64,000 nt of DNA from Myxococcota bacterium (GTDB lineage: Bacteria; Myxococcota_A; UBA9160; UBA6930), in contig OZ245002.1 in the NCBI GenBank assembly GCA_965223415.1, forward strand, positions 5,120,001 to 5,184,000, written 5' to 3'. Position 1 is the stretch's first letter; every line of letters begins with the position of its first letter. The notes under the pieces were generated by a model. That model worked only from the letters and a program-made list of their open reading frames with translations. It searched no databases and had not been told where the DNA came from. The position numbers and the translations under genes were made by a program. Shown piece after piece: positions 17,818 through 26,630 of the stretch.

Positions 17818-20126
17818 GCTTCCCGGCCGCGGAAGACGCGGCCCTCCTCCACCCGGGCCACCACCCGTGGCGGGCTCTCGACCGTCTCCACCCAGAGGAT
17901 GCAGGCGCCGCTCCGGGCACGGAAGCCTGCGGGGGTCTCCTCGGACCCGCTCTGGCGCCGGTAGCGGTGGGCGTCGATGGTCGCGGCGCGCAGGCCGTCG
18001 GCCCCGACGCTGATCTCGTGGCTCGCACCGTCGATGGGTGACGTGACGAGGGTCTGCTCACCGGCCAGGGCGTGATAGACCGCTTCGATCAGCGGGTACT
18101 TCTCCACGGGCTCGCCGGGTCGCTCGTCGACGTCCTCTTCGATGAGCTGCGAGCTCTCCTGGAAGAGCCGCTCGACGTAGGGCGGCTCGATGGCATCGTC
18201 GGCCAGGCGATCGGGCTGCAGGGTGAGGAGACGGAAGAGGGCCTTCGGCTTCACCGTCTGCTCGCCGAGGAACGCCTCGGCCGCCCCGGCCATCTCCGTG
18301 TGCACCCGGCGCACCACGGCGTGGGCGCCCTCGCCGTCCGCGTCGACGAGCACGGCGACCAGCCGCCGTTCGTCCAGCTCCGCCAGCGCGTCCTCGGCGC
18401 GGATGCTGCGGGCGAGCACGTCGCGGAACTGGGCCACGAAGCCGGCACTGGCGCCGTCGACGAAGCGGAACTCGTAGCCCACCAGGCTCACCGGAACGCC
18501 CGCGTCCTCGGCCCAGCTCCGGACGCGCTCGATCGCCGGCTCGAGCTCGTCGCGCGCCAGCGTTCGCGGGAGGAGCATGCGCGGCGCCGCCTCGACGTCG
18601 ATCGCCGGCCATTCCTGGGAGCCCGGCGGCCGCGCGCGCAGCAGCGACACCATCGTCGCCCGCAGGCGCCGCTCGTCGATCGGCTTCGGAAGGGCCGCGT
18701 CGGCACCTGCGGCGAGGGCCCGGGGCAGCTCGCCCGGCCCGGCGTGGGGCGAGCACAGGAGCACGATCGGCACCGTCACGCGGAGCTCGCGCAGGATGCG
18801 GCAGAGCCCGATGCCGTTCAGGCGCGGCATGCGCGCGCCCATCAGCACCAGATCCGGCTCGGAGACGGCGGCGAGACGCAGGCCGGCGACCCCGTCGGCG
18901 GCCTCGAGAACGTCGATCTTCGAGCCGCAGGTGCGTGCCACCTCCCGGCGCGCCTCCTCGTCGGCCTCGATCACGAGCACCGTCGCCGAGAGCCCCGGGC
19001 GCCGGTTGGGCGCCACCTCGACGGGCGGCGGGGCACTCGGCTGCACCCGCGGCGACGCGACGCCGGCCTTCCGGCGGCGCCGGGCGAGCTGCTCGAGCTC
19101 GTCGAGAGTATCGTCGTCCAGCAGCTCGAGGTCATCGGCCCCCGAGCTCGACCCCGCCGCCGGACGCGGCGCGACGGGTGCGTGCGGCTCGGCGACGGCT
19201 GCCGCCTCGGCGGCCCGCGGCACGGCCTCGACGACCGGCTCCACCGCAGCCCGCGGCACGGCCTCGGCGACCGGCTCCGCCGCAGCCCGCGGCACGGCCT
19301 CGACGACCGGCTCTGGAGCGACGACCGGATCCGGGAGCAGCGTGGGCGCCAGCTCGGCGTGCGGGGCCGGCGTCTCCTCCGTCGCGGCGGGCGCCGCCGC
19401 TCGCTTGAAGCGCGCGAAGCCGCGACGCCCGGGGGCGACCGCGGTCGGTCCGCCGCCCGAGATCCCGGCCTCGCCGATCGTGAAGTCGAAGCGGCTCTTC
19501 TTCAGCTGCACGTTGCGCATCTTGTAGACGAGCAGCGAGTGGTCCGGCCCCTCGTCGCCCTCGGCGCCGCGCTGCAGCTCGAACAGACCCCAGCACACCT
19601 CCGAGAAGACCCGCAGCACGAAGGGCTGCTGCATCACCCCGCTGTCGCTCAGCATGAGCGGGCTCCAGCCCATCTCCTCGAAGCGGGCGGTCAGCATGCG
19701 CAGCTCGCTGCGCAGGATCGTCTCGTCGTCCATCGACGAGAAGAACGGGTCCACCGGGTCGAGCACGATACGCCGGACGCCCAGCCCCTCCACCTCGGCC
19801 TGCAGCTCCACCAGCACGGCCTCGGGGCCGGAACGGGCGACGATCTCCCGGAAGCCCTCGTCATACTCGAGCAGGATGAGCTGCTCGTTGTCGACGTACT
19901 GGCTGAAGGGGAAGCCGAACCGCTCGGCCTGCTGGATCAGGTCGTCGGCCTTCTCGCGACACACGTAGAGGGCGCTCTCGCCGGCCTGCAGGCCGGCGTG
20001 GGCGTACTGCAGGCCGAAGATCGACTTGCCGGTGCCGCTCGCGCCGAACGCCATGTAGGGTTTCGCGCGAAAGAAACCGTCTGCCCCGGCGTCGAGGAAA
20101 TCGACGCCGGTGGGGATCCCCTCCAT
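17814..20126 (-). CDS. KaiC/RAD55-like P-loop ATPase, Pro/Ala linker, pseudo-receiver and degenerate GGDEF (RxxD) domain protein
   Basis: IPTGVDFLD, GASGTGKS Walker A, RIVLDP Walker B, VYKMR; receiver PDLVLMGARMP..NG..LC and LPKP; RSIRAED I-site followed by LDERR in place of GGDEF. Confidence 0.85.
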   Translation of the reverse strand: MEGIPTGVDFLDAGADGFFRAKPYMAFGASGTGKSIFGLQYAHAGLQAGESALYVCREKADDLIQQAERFGFPFSQYVDNEQLILLEYDEGFREIVARSGPEAVLVELQAEVEGLGVRRIVLDPVDPFFSSMDDETILRSELRMLTARFEEMGWSPLMLSDSGVMQQPFVLRVFSEVCWGLFELQRGAEGDEGPDHSLLVYKMRNVQLKKSRFDFTIGEAGISGGGPTAVAPGRRGFARFKRAAAPAATEETPAPHAELAPTLLPDPVVAPEPVVEAVPRAAAEPVAEAVPRAAVEPVVEAVPRAAEAAAVAEPHAPVAPRPAAGSSSGADDLELLDDDTLDELEQLARRRRKAGVASPRVQPSAPPPVEVAPNRRPGLSATVLVIEADEEARREVARTCGSKIDVLEAADGVAGLRLAAVSEPDLVLMGARMPRLNGIGLCRILRELRVTVPIVLLCSPHAGPGELPRALAAGADAALPKPIDERRLRATMVSLLRARPPGSQEWPAIDVEAAPRMLLPRTLARDELEPAIERVRSWAEDAGVPVSLVGYEFRFVDGASAGFVAQFRDVLARSIRAEDALAELDERRLVAVLVDADGEGAHAVVRRVHTEMAGAAEAFLGEQTVKPKALFRLLTLQPDRLADDAIEPPYVERLFQESSQLIEEDVDERPGEPVEKYPLIEAVYHALAGEQTLVTSPIDGASHEISVGADGLRAATIDAHRYRRQSGSEETPAGFRARSGACILWVETVESPPRVVARVEEGRVFRGREA
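19213..19313. repeat. 36-bp tandem repeat (about 2.8 copies) encoding the EPV(V/A)EAVPRAA(A/V) linker
   Basis: GCCCGCGGCACGGCCTCG(A/G)CGACCGGCTC units start at 19213, 19249 and 19285. Confidence 0.9.
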
Positions 20127-20171
20127 CCGTTCCCATCCTCTCTCGCTCTCTCGCGAGGGTTTCGCTGTTGA

Positions 20172-20197
20172 ATCGGTGCTTTCACCGGGGGGCTTGA
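20172..20197 (-). promoter_or_regulatory. Sigma28/FliA-like promoter TCAAG-N15-ACCGAT upstream of the EPS operon
   Basis: The same motif and spacing recur at 39467-39492 (+) and 62187-62212 (-). Confidence 0.5.
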
Positions 20198-20227
20198 GGA
20201 GCGGACGCCTGGGGTCGAAGGGGAGGA

Positions 20228-21268
20228 ATGCCCCGCACGAGCGAGCCGCCGAAGGTCGTCCCCTGGGGGGTCCGGTTCGCCCTGGCCCTCCTTCTCGCCG
20301 CTCCGGACGCCTCCGTCGCCGAGGGCCTGCGGGTGGGCATCGGGGACCGGGTCGAGTTCCACCGCGCCGGCCGGGTCGTCCATGTGCGGGACGAGGCGCG
20401 GGCCCTGGGCCTGGCCACGGACTACCAGCAGATCTGGCTGCCCCGCGGATGGCAGGACGCCTGGCTCGACCCGGCGGCGCTCAGCGCCCTCGCTCACACC
20501 GGGACCACGCCGGTGGTGGCCCACTGGTTCTTCGGCGACGCGATCAGTCGCGAGCGGGTCGAGGCGGAGCGCCACGCGTGGCACCGGAGCCTGGCCCGCA
20601 TGGCGCGGCGCATCGCGATCGGCGCGCCGGTGCTGGTGCTGCTCGAGCCCGAGTTCAACAACGCCCCGCCGCCGGGAGAGACCGCCGTCACCGACTGGCC
20701 CGGCTTCGCGCGGGAGGTGCGCGAAGCCGTGCGCATCCTCCGCCACTTCGCGCCGGAGGTCCGCGTCGGCCTGTGCGCCGGGGACTTCTCACCGACCCGG
20801 AACCTGGAGCGCGCGCTCGGCGGCGTCGCCGACGAGCTCGACTTCCTCGCCTTCCAGGAGATGCGCGCCAGCACGCGCCACGGGCGCGACGCCCTCGACC
20901 TGGGGACCGCCGCCGTCTCCTACGCCCGCTACCTGAAGGAAGCGTTCGGGCGGCCGCTGTTCCTGGGCTACGTGGCCGTCTCGTCCCACGGCGGCTGGGA
21001 GGACGCCCAGCGCGAGGCCCTCGCCTCCCTCGTTCGCGAACGCGAAGCCCTGACCGGGGCCGGTGTCTTCGGCCTCGTCTACTTCCAGCTCCGCGACGAT
21101 CCGGACCACACGGGCTGGTTCGGCGACGCCGAGCGCCACTTCGGCGTGCTCACCGCCGAGGGCGCGCCGAAGCCGGCGCTCGAGGCGCTGCGCGCGCTGG
21201 GGACGAGCCCGGCCGCCCCGCCTGCCGCACGAGACGGATCCCCTGGATCCGCTCCCACACCTCGCTGA
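20228..21268 (+). CDS. Secreted TIM-barrel glycoside hydrolase-like protein
   Basis: Signal peptide; VLVLLEPEFNN acid/base-like motif, LDFLAFQ, RPLFL, GLVYF..DD..H.GWF..E..FG. Divergent from the EPS operon. Confidence 0.55.
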   Translation: MPRTSEPPKVVPWGVRFALALLLAAPDASVAEGLRVGIGDRVEFHRAGRVVHVRDEARALGLATDYQQIWLPRGWQDAWLDPAALSALAHTGTTPVVAHWFFGDAISRERVEAERHAWHRSLARMARRIAIGAPVLVLLEPEFNNAPPPGETAVTDWPGFAREVREAVRILRHFAPEVRVGLCAGDFSPTRNLERALGGVADELDFLAFQEMRASTRHGRDALDLGTAAVSYARYLKEAFGRPLFLGYVAVSSHGGWEDAQREALASLVREREALTGAGVFGLVYFQLRDDPDHTGWFGDAERHFGVLTAEGAPKPALEALRALGTSPAAPPAARDGSPGSAPTPR

Positions 21269-22451
21269 CCGGCAGCACCGTCACGCCGCTCCTCTCGATC
21301 TCGACCAGGGCCTTCTCGAAGTCGTCGACGGCGTACTCGATCTCGATCCGGGGATCGCCGTTCAGCACGTGGAACATCAGGATCGCCCATTCGCCGTGCT
21401 CCTTCGCCCGCCGCGCGATGGCGCCGATCTCCGCGGGCGTCGTCGTGTCCAGCACGTTGACGGCGCGGAGCAGGTGACGGTCCGCGACCGGGATCGTCTC
21501 GGGACCGGCGCCGGCGACGCGGGCCGTCGCGAAGTGCTTGCGTACGATCGGCCGCACCACCCGCGGCTCCTGTCGGCCGAGGGGATAGGCGAGGTGGCCG
21601 TCAGCGCGGAAGCCCCGCCCGCGCAGGTAACCCTGCACGTCCTGGATCTCCCGCTCGAGCTCGAGCTCGCTCATCTCCGTGAACGGGGTCGCGTGGTGGG
21701 CGGCCACGTCCCAGCCGTAGCGGCCGCCAAGGCCTTCGAGCTGCTTCGCGGTGACGAAGCCCTCCTCGCCCACCTGCGCCGGCATGACGTAGGCCGTGCC
21801 CCGGAAGCCGTGGGCGTGCATGGCCGGCGCGGCGATCGTGGCGTGGTCGTCGGTGCCGTCGTCGAAGGTGAACGAGAGGAAGCCCTCAGAGGCCCGTTGC
21901 ACGGCGGTCAAGCCCGTCCACGCCACCTCGACCCCGCCCTGGCCCCGATCGGCGAAGTAGAGGCCGACGGCGCGCACGTTCTGGAGGTCCACCGCGCCTT
22001 CGACCCGGGCAGTCCCGAGGCTGAAGCTCACCGGGGTCCAGGTGCCGGGCTGGACGACGTTGAACGGCGCATCCGAGAAGAGCGGAATGGGGAAGGCCGC
22101 CGTGCCCTCGTCGAAGCGGCTCGAGGTGAGCCGCAGCTCCAGGCCCGACAGGTGGGCGAGGTTGCTCACCCGGATCCAGGTGCGCAGGGTGTGACCCGTG
22201 AGGTCGGCGCCCGGCGTGATCGGAGCCGCCGAGGCGAGGAAGGCGGGACGGCCGTCACCGCGGGTGCGGCACGCCACCCAGGGCTGGGCCGGCTCGCCCC
22301 CTGCCTGGCAACGGGCCGTGCCCCACTTCTCCACGATGCGCGCAGCGCCGGGATCCTGCACCACCCACTCGCCCACCCCGCGCCCGGTGGCGGCGGAGGC
22401 GGCCAGCAGGGCGACGAGGGCGACGAGTCCGTGAATCGCTCTGGAGCCCAT
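21150..22451 (-). CDS. Secreted polysaccharide deacetylase with an N-terminal CBM-like beta-sandwich
   Basis: SFTFDDG, GFRGTAYV, WDVAAHH, LAYPLG, ILMFH NodB motifs; WTPVSFSL..VDLQNVRAV CBM-like segment. Confidence 0.85.
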   Translation of the reverse strand: MGSRAIHGLVALVALLAASAATGRGVGEWVVQDPGAARIVEKWGTARCQAGGEPAQPWVACRTRGDGRPAFLASAAPITPGADLTGHTLRTWIRVSNLAHLSGLELRLTSSRFDEGTAAFPIPLFSDAPFNVVQPGTWTPVSFSLGTARVEGAVDLQNVRAVGLYFADRGQGGVEVAWTGLTAVQRASEGFLSFTFDDGTDDHATIAAPAMHAHGFRGTAYVMPAQVGEEGFVTAKQLEGLGGRYGWDVAAHHATPFTEMSELELEREIQDVQGYLRGRGFRADGHLAYPLGRQEPRVVRPIVRKHFATARVAGAGPETIPVADRHLLRAVNVLDTTTPAEIGAIARRAKEHGEWAILMFHVLNGDPRIEIEYAVDDFEKALVEIERSGVTVLPVSEVWERIQGIRLVRQAGRPGSSPARAAPRAPASARPRR

Positions 22452-22533
22452 GGGTCTCCTCCCGGTGCGAGATCCGACAGCTCATCGACCTCCGCGGCGT
22501 CTCCCTGAAGGCGGTCGCGGTAGACTGCTGCCG

Positions 22534-24237
22534 GTGCGCGCCCTCCCCTCCCGCCGGGTCTCCTTCGTCTTGCTTCTCCTCCTGCTCCTCGCGGCCACAG
22601 CCTGCGGGAGGCGGACGGTCTTCGTGGGTGCGCCGGTCCTCACTGTGGGCCCGGACAACCGGATCGCGGAGGCCTTCGGCATCGACGGCGACCGCATCGG
22701 GGCGGTCGGGAGCGAGACCGAGGTGCGGGCCTGGGCCGGCCCCGCGGCGCAGGTGGTGGAGCTCTCGGGGGGCGCCATCGTGCCGGGCTTCATCGACGCC
22801 CACGGCCACTTCCCCGGCGACGGCGTGTGGGCCGGCGTCACCGATCTGAACCCGCCGCCGATCGGCGACCTGGAGACCCTCGAGGAGCTCGTGGCACGCA
22901 TGCGCGCGCGGGCGGAGACGACGCCGGCCGGGGAGTGGGTGACCGGCATGGGCTACGACGACACGCTCCTCGCCGAGCGCCGCCACCCCACCCGCGTCGA
23001 TCTCGACCGGGTGTCCACCGAGCACCCGGTGGCGATCTTGCACATCTCCGGCCATCTGGCCTCGGTGAACAGCCGCGCCCTCCGGGACCTCGGCTGGGAT
23101 GCGAGCACGCCGGACCCGGAAGGCGGCGTGATCCGCCGGGATCCGGAGACGGGCGAGCCCGACGGCGTGCTGGAAGAGAACGCCATGGAGTCGCTGCAGG
23201 CGGAGCTCCTGAGCCCGGGCCTGGCCGACGGGCTGGCGATGGTGCGGCTGGCCGTGGAGCGCGCCGTCGCAGAGGGCGTGACGACGGCCCAGGTCGGCTA
23301 CACGCCGACCTCCCAGCTGCGCCTCTTTCCGTGGCTCTCGCGCCTCGGGATCGTTCCGATCCGGCTCGTGCTGTGGCCCAGCATGGAAGCCCTCGATGAG
23401 CTGCTGGACGGCGGCGACCCCTACACCACCTACGACCCGGAGTGGGTGCGCATCGGCGCCGTGAAGCTCGTGGCCGACGGCTCGATCCAGGGCTACACGG
23501 GCTACCTGGCCGAGCCCTACCACGTGCCGCCCGGCGACGATCCGGAGTTCCGCGGCTATCCGCGCATCGCCCGAGACGAGCTGATCCGCAGGGCCCGGCG
23601 CTACCACGCGGCGGGCTGGCAGCTCGCCATCCACGGCAACGGCGACGCCTCGATCGACGACATCCTCGACGCCTTCGAGGCCGCCTTCGCCGAGACGCCC
23701 GCCGACGACCCGCGACCCATCGTGATCCACGCCCAGATGACCCGCGACGACCAGCTCGACCGCATGGCCGCGCTCGGCGTGATCCCCTCCTTCTTCAGCC
23801 TGCACACCTACTACTGGGGCGACCGCCACCGCGATCTGTTCATGGGTCCCGAGCGCGCGGCGCGCATGAGCCCCGCGAAGAGCGCCCTCGAGAAGGGCGT
23901 GCGCTTCACGATCCACTGCGACGCGCCGGTCGTGCCGATGGAGCCGCTGCGACTCATGTGGGCGGCGGTGAACCGCAAGAGCAGCAGCGGCAACGACATC
24001 GGGCCGAGCGAGCGTATCACGCCGATGCAGGCGCTGCGCGCCACCACCCTCGACGCGGCTTACCAGTACCGCGACGAGGACCTGAAGGGATCACTGGAGG
24101 TCGGCAAGCTCGCCGACTTCGTGATCCTCTCCGCGTCGCCCCTCGACGATCCCACCCGCATCGACGAGATCCGGGTGCTCGAGACCTGGGTCGGCGGCGA
24201 GCGGGTATACCGGGCGGGAGACACGGCGAGTGAGTGA
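22534..24237 (+). CDS. YtcJ-like amidohydrolase (Amidohydro_3), probable lipoprotein
   Basis: PGFIDAHGH, VKLVADGS, IHGNGD, IHAQ, HCDAPV, KGSLEVGKLADFVIL; LAATAC lipobox-like signal. Confidence 0.92.
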   Translation: MRALPSRRVSFVLLLLLLLAATACGRRTVFVGAPVLTVGPDNRIAEAFGIDGDRIGAVGSETEVRAWAGPAAQVVELSGGAIVPGFIDAHGHFPGDGVWAGVTDLNPPPIGDLETLEELVARMRARAETTPAGEWVTGMGYDDTLLAERRHPTRVDLDRVSTEHPVAILHISGHLASVNSRALRDLGWDASTPDPEGGVIRRDPETGEPDGVLEENAMESLQAELLSPGLADGLAMVRLAVERAVAEGVTTAQVGYTPTSQLRLFPWLSRLGIVPIRLVLWPSMEALDELLDGGDPYTTYDPEWVRIGAVKLVADGSIQGYTGYLAEPYHVPPGDDPEFRGYPRIARDELIRRARRYHAAGWQLAIHGNGDASIDDILDAFEAAFAETPADDPRPIVIHAQMTRDDQLDRMAALGVIPSFFSLHTYYWGDRHRDLFMGPERAARMSPAKSALEKGVRFTIHCDAPVVPMEPLRLMWAAVNRKSSSGNDIGPSERITPMQALRATTLDAAYQYRDEDLKGSLEVGKLADFVILSASPLDDPTRIDEIRVLETWVGGERVYRAGDTASE

Positions 24238-25495
24238 AGCCCGCGACCGCACGGCGAGCTGGGTGCTCGCCGTGCTCCTCGTCACCTACACCTTCAACTA
24301 CCTCGATCGCTACCTGCTCACGATCCTGGTCCAGCCGATCAAGGAGGAGCTGGGCGTCTCGGACACCGTGATGGGCTTCCTGATCGGGCCGGCCTTCGCC
24401 CTCTTCTACACCGGCCTCGGCGTCCCGATCGCCCGACTCGCCGACCGCACCAACCGGCGGAACGTGATCGCCGCCGGCTTCGTCCTGTGGAGCGCCTTCA
24501 CCGCCTTGTCGGGCGCCGCGCGCAGCTGGGTGCAGCTCGCCCTGGCGCGGGTCGCCGTGGGCGTGGGCGAGGCGGCCGGTGCGGCGCCCTCCCACTCGCT
24601 GATCTCGGACACCTTCCCCGCCGAGCGGCGCGCCGGCGCCCTCTCCATCTTCCAGATGGGGGTCTACCTGGGCCAGATCCTCGGGCTCGCGGTCGGCGGC
24701 CTGCTCGTGGCGCCCCTCGGCTGGCGCTGGACCTTCGTCGTGGTGGGCCTGCCCGGCCTCTTGTTCGCTGCGCTCCTGCGCTTCACCATCGACGAGCCAC
24801 CGCGCGGGCGCTTCGACCCGGTCGACACGGGCGCGCCGCCGCCGCCGTTCACGGACGTGTTGAAGCACCTCTGGGCCATGCCGACCTTCCGCTGGCTCGC
24901 CATCGGCACCGGCCTCGCGTCCTTCGCCGGCACCGGCTACGGCTTCTGGATCCCGACCCTCTTTCTGCGGGTCCACGACATGAGCTTCGCCGAGATCGGC
25001 ACCAGCTTCGGATTGATCAGTGGCCTCAGTGCGCTCACCGGCACCTGGATCGCCGGCCGACTGGGCGTCCGCCTGGGTGCGCGGGATCCGCGCTGGCTGC
25101 TGCTCCTGGCGAGCCTGGCCGTCGCGGTCTCGCTGCCCTTCCTGTGCGCCGTGAGTCTCTGGCCCACGCCGTGGATCGCGATCTCCTTCGCGATTCCCGC
25201 CGGCCTGGCCGGCGCCGGCTGGGCGCCGCTCACCTACACGGTGGTGCAGAACCTCGTGCCACCGGCGATGCGCTCGGTGGCGGCGTCGATCCTGATCTTC
25301 TTCATCACCTTCCTCGGCATGGGCCTCGGTCCCCAGGCCGTGGGCCTGCTGAGCGACGCCCTCGCCGCCAGCCAGGGCGACCAGGCCCTGCGCTACGCCC
25401 TCGTGCTGGTGCTCGGGACGAGCGGCGTGGGCGCGGCGTGCATCGCGGTGGCGGCACGCCACCTCCCGCGCGATCTCGCAAGGGCCGCGCCGTGA
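24230..25495 (+). CDS. Spinster-like MFS transporter
   Basis: FNYLDR..IKEELGVSD..G, ARLADRTNRR, GVGEA..P..SLISD.FP. Confidence 0.92.
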   Translation: MSEARDRTASWVLAVLLVTYTFNYLDRYLLTILVQPIKEELGVSDTVMGFLIGPAFALFYTGLGVPIARLADRTNRRNVIAAGFVLWSAFTALSGAARSWVQLALARVAVGVGEAAGAAPSHSLISDTFPAERRAGALSIFQMGVYLGQILGLAVGGLLVAPLGWRWTFVVVGLPGLLFAALLRFTIDEPPRGRFDPVDTGAPPPPFTDVLKHLWAMPTFRWLAIGTGLASFAGTGYGFWIPTLFLRVHDMSFAEIGTSFGLISGLSALTGTWIAGRLGVRLGARDPRWLLLLASLAVAVSLPFLCAVSLWPTPWIAISFAIPAGLAGAGWAPLTYTVVQNLVPPAMRSVAASILIFFITFLGMGLGPQAVGLLSDALAASQGDQALRYALVLVLGTSGVGAACIAVAARHLPRDLARAAP

Positions 25496-25815
25496 CCCGC
25501 CTGCGCCCGGGCCCGCCGGGCGACGACTCGGGCGACGACGAGCTCGTCGTCGAGGTGCCGATCACCGAGGTGCTCGACCTGCACGACTTCGCGCCCCGGG
25601 AGATCCCGGAGGTGGTGGAAGCATACCTGGAAGCGGCCTGGGAGAAGGGCCTCCGCGAGGTGCGCCTCGTCCACGGCAAGGGCAAGGGGGTGCAGCGGGC
25701 GCGGGTGCAGAGCCTGCTGACGACGGTCCCCCACGCCCGCGCCTTCCGCGACGCCCCGGCGGAGCGCGGCGGCTGGGGCGCCACGATCGTCGAGCTCGGC
25801 CCGCCGGAGGACTGA
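25492..25815 (+). CDS. Smr/MutS2 domain protein
   Basis: LDLHDF, VRLVHGKGKGVQR, GGWGATIV. Confidence 0.9.
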   Translation: MTRLRPGPPGDDSGDDELVVEVPITEVLDLHDFAPREIPEVVEAYLEAAWEKGLREVRLVHGKGKGVQRARVQSLLTTVPHARAFRDAPAERGGWGATIVELGPPED

Positions 25816-25847
25816 AAGAGGAGAGCCGGCCCGTCGATGCGTGGGCA

Positions 25848-26564
25848 ATGCCCGGCCTCGCCCACGTGCTGCTCCTCGTGCTCCCCGCCACCTGCGGCGG
25901 GGCGGCGGCATGGATCGCCTACCTGCGCTGGAAGGACCGCCGCACCCCGGAGCCCTGGCCCCTCATGTTCGGCGCCGCGCTCCTGGGCGCCGGCGCCATG
26001 CTGCTCGCGCACCTCGGCTACCGGGCCCTGGACGGCGTGGGCCTCCAGGCGAGCTGGGCGATGCTGACCGGCCCGCTGCCCCGGGCCTGGGCCGGCGCCC
26101 TGGCGATCGGAGCGGTGGAGGAGGCCGCCAAGCTGGTCCCGGTGCTGCCCTTCGTCTTCGTCACCCATCGCTTCGACGAGCTGTGGGACGGCCCGGTGTA
26201 CGCGGGCGCCTGCGCGGTGGGCTTCGCCGTGGCCGAGGCCGTGCTGCTGGCGGCCCTCGGCGAGATCGGCGTCACCTCCACCCTCGCCCGCGCCGCCGCC
26301 GCTCCGCTCACCCACGCCGTGTTCGCGGGGCCCTGGGGGCTCGGCCTCGCGTACACCGTGCTTCGGGGCGCGCGCTGGGCCTTCCCGCTGGGCTTCGCCG
26401 TCTCCGCGGCCGCCCACGGTGCCTACGACCTGCTGCTCGCGCGCCCCGGCCTCCAGCTCTGGGCGGCGGCCCTGGTCGCGGCGCTCTGGCTGCTGTGGAT
26501 CGCGGTCGCCTCACACCTCACCCGAGAGCGGCGGCGCCACCCGCGGCCAGACTCACACCGATGA
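25848..26564 (+). CDS. PrsW family glutamic-type intramembrane protease
   Basis: D...PEP, VEEAAK, FDE..DG.VY..A.GFA..E, HAVF, HGAYD. Confidence 0.9.
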   Translation: MPGLAHVLLLVLPATCGGAAAWIAYLRWKDRRTPEPWPLMFGAALLGAGAMLLAHLGYRALDGVGLQASWAMLTGPLPRAWAGALAIGAVEEAAKLVPVLPFVFVTHRFDELWDGPVYAGACAVGFAVAEAVLLAALGEIGVTSTLARAAAAPLTHAVFAGPWGLGLAYTVLRGARWAFPLGFAVSAAAHGAYDLLLARPGLQLWAAALVAALWLLWIAVASHLTRERRRHPRPDSHR

Positions 26565-26630
26565 GGCCCCCGTCGGGGCCCGGCTGCCACCGATGAGGCG
26601 CCCGTCGGGGCCCGGCTCACAGCGATGAGG
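26556..26630. repeat. 32-bp tandem repeat (about 2.3 copies) with an internal GGCCCC-N4-GGGGCC hairpin, at convergent gene ends
   Basis: CACCGATGAGGC(C/G)CCCGTCGGGGCCCGGCT at 26556 and 26588, partial CGATGAGG at 26623. Confidence 0.85.

Noticed and set aside
17814..20126. KaiC-like gene as a circadian clock component
   Set aside because: Single ATPase domain, no kaiA/kaiB nearby, and the context is polysaccharide synthesis.
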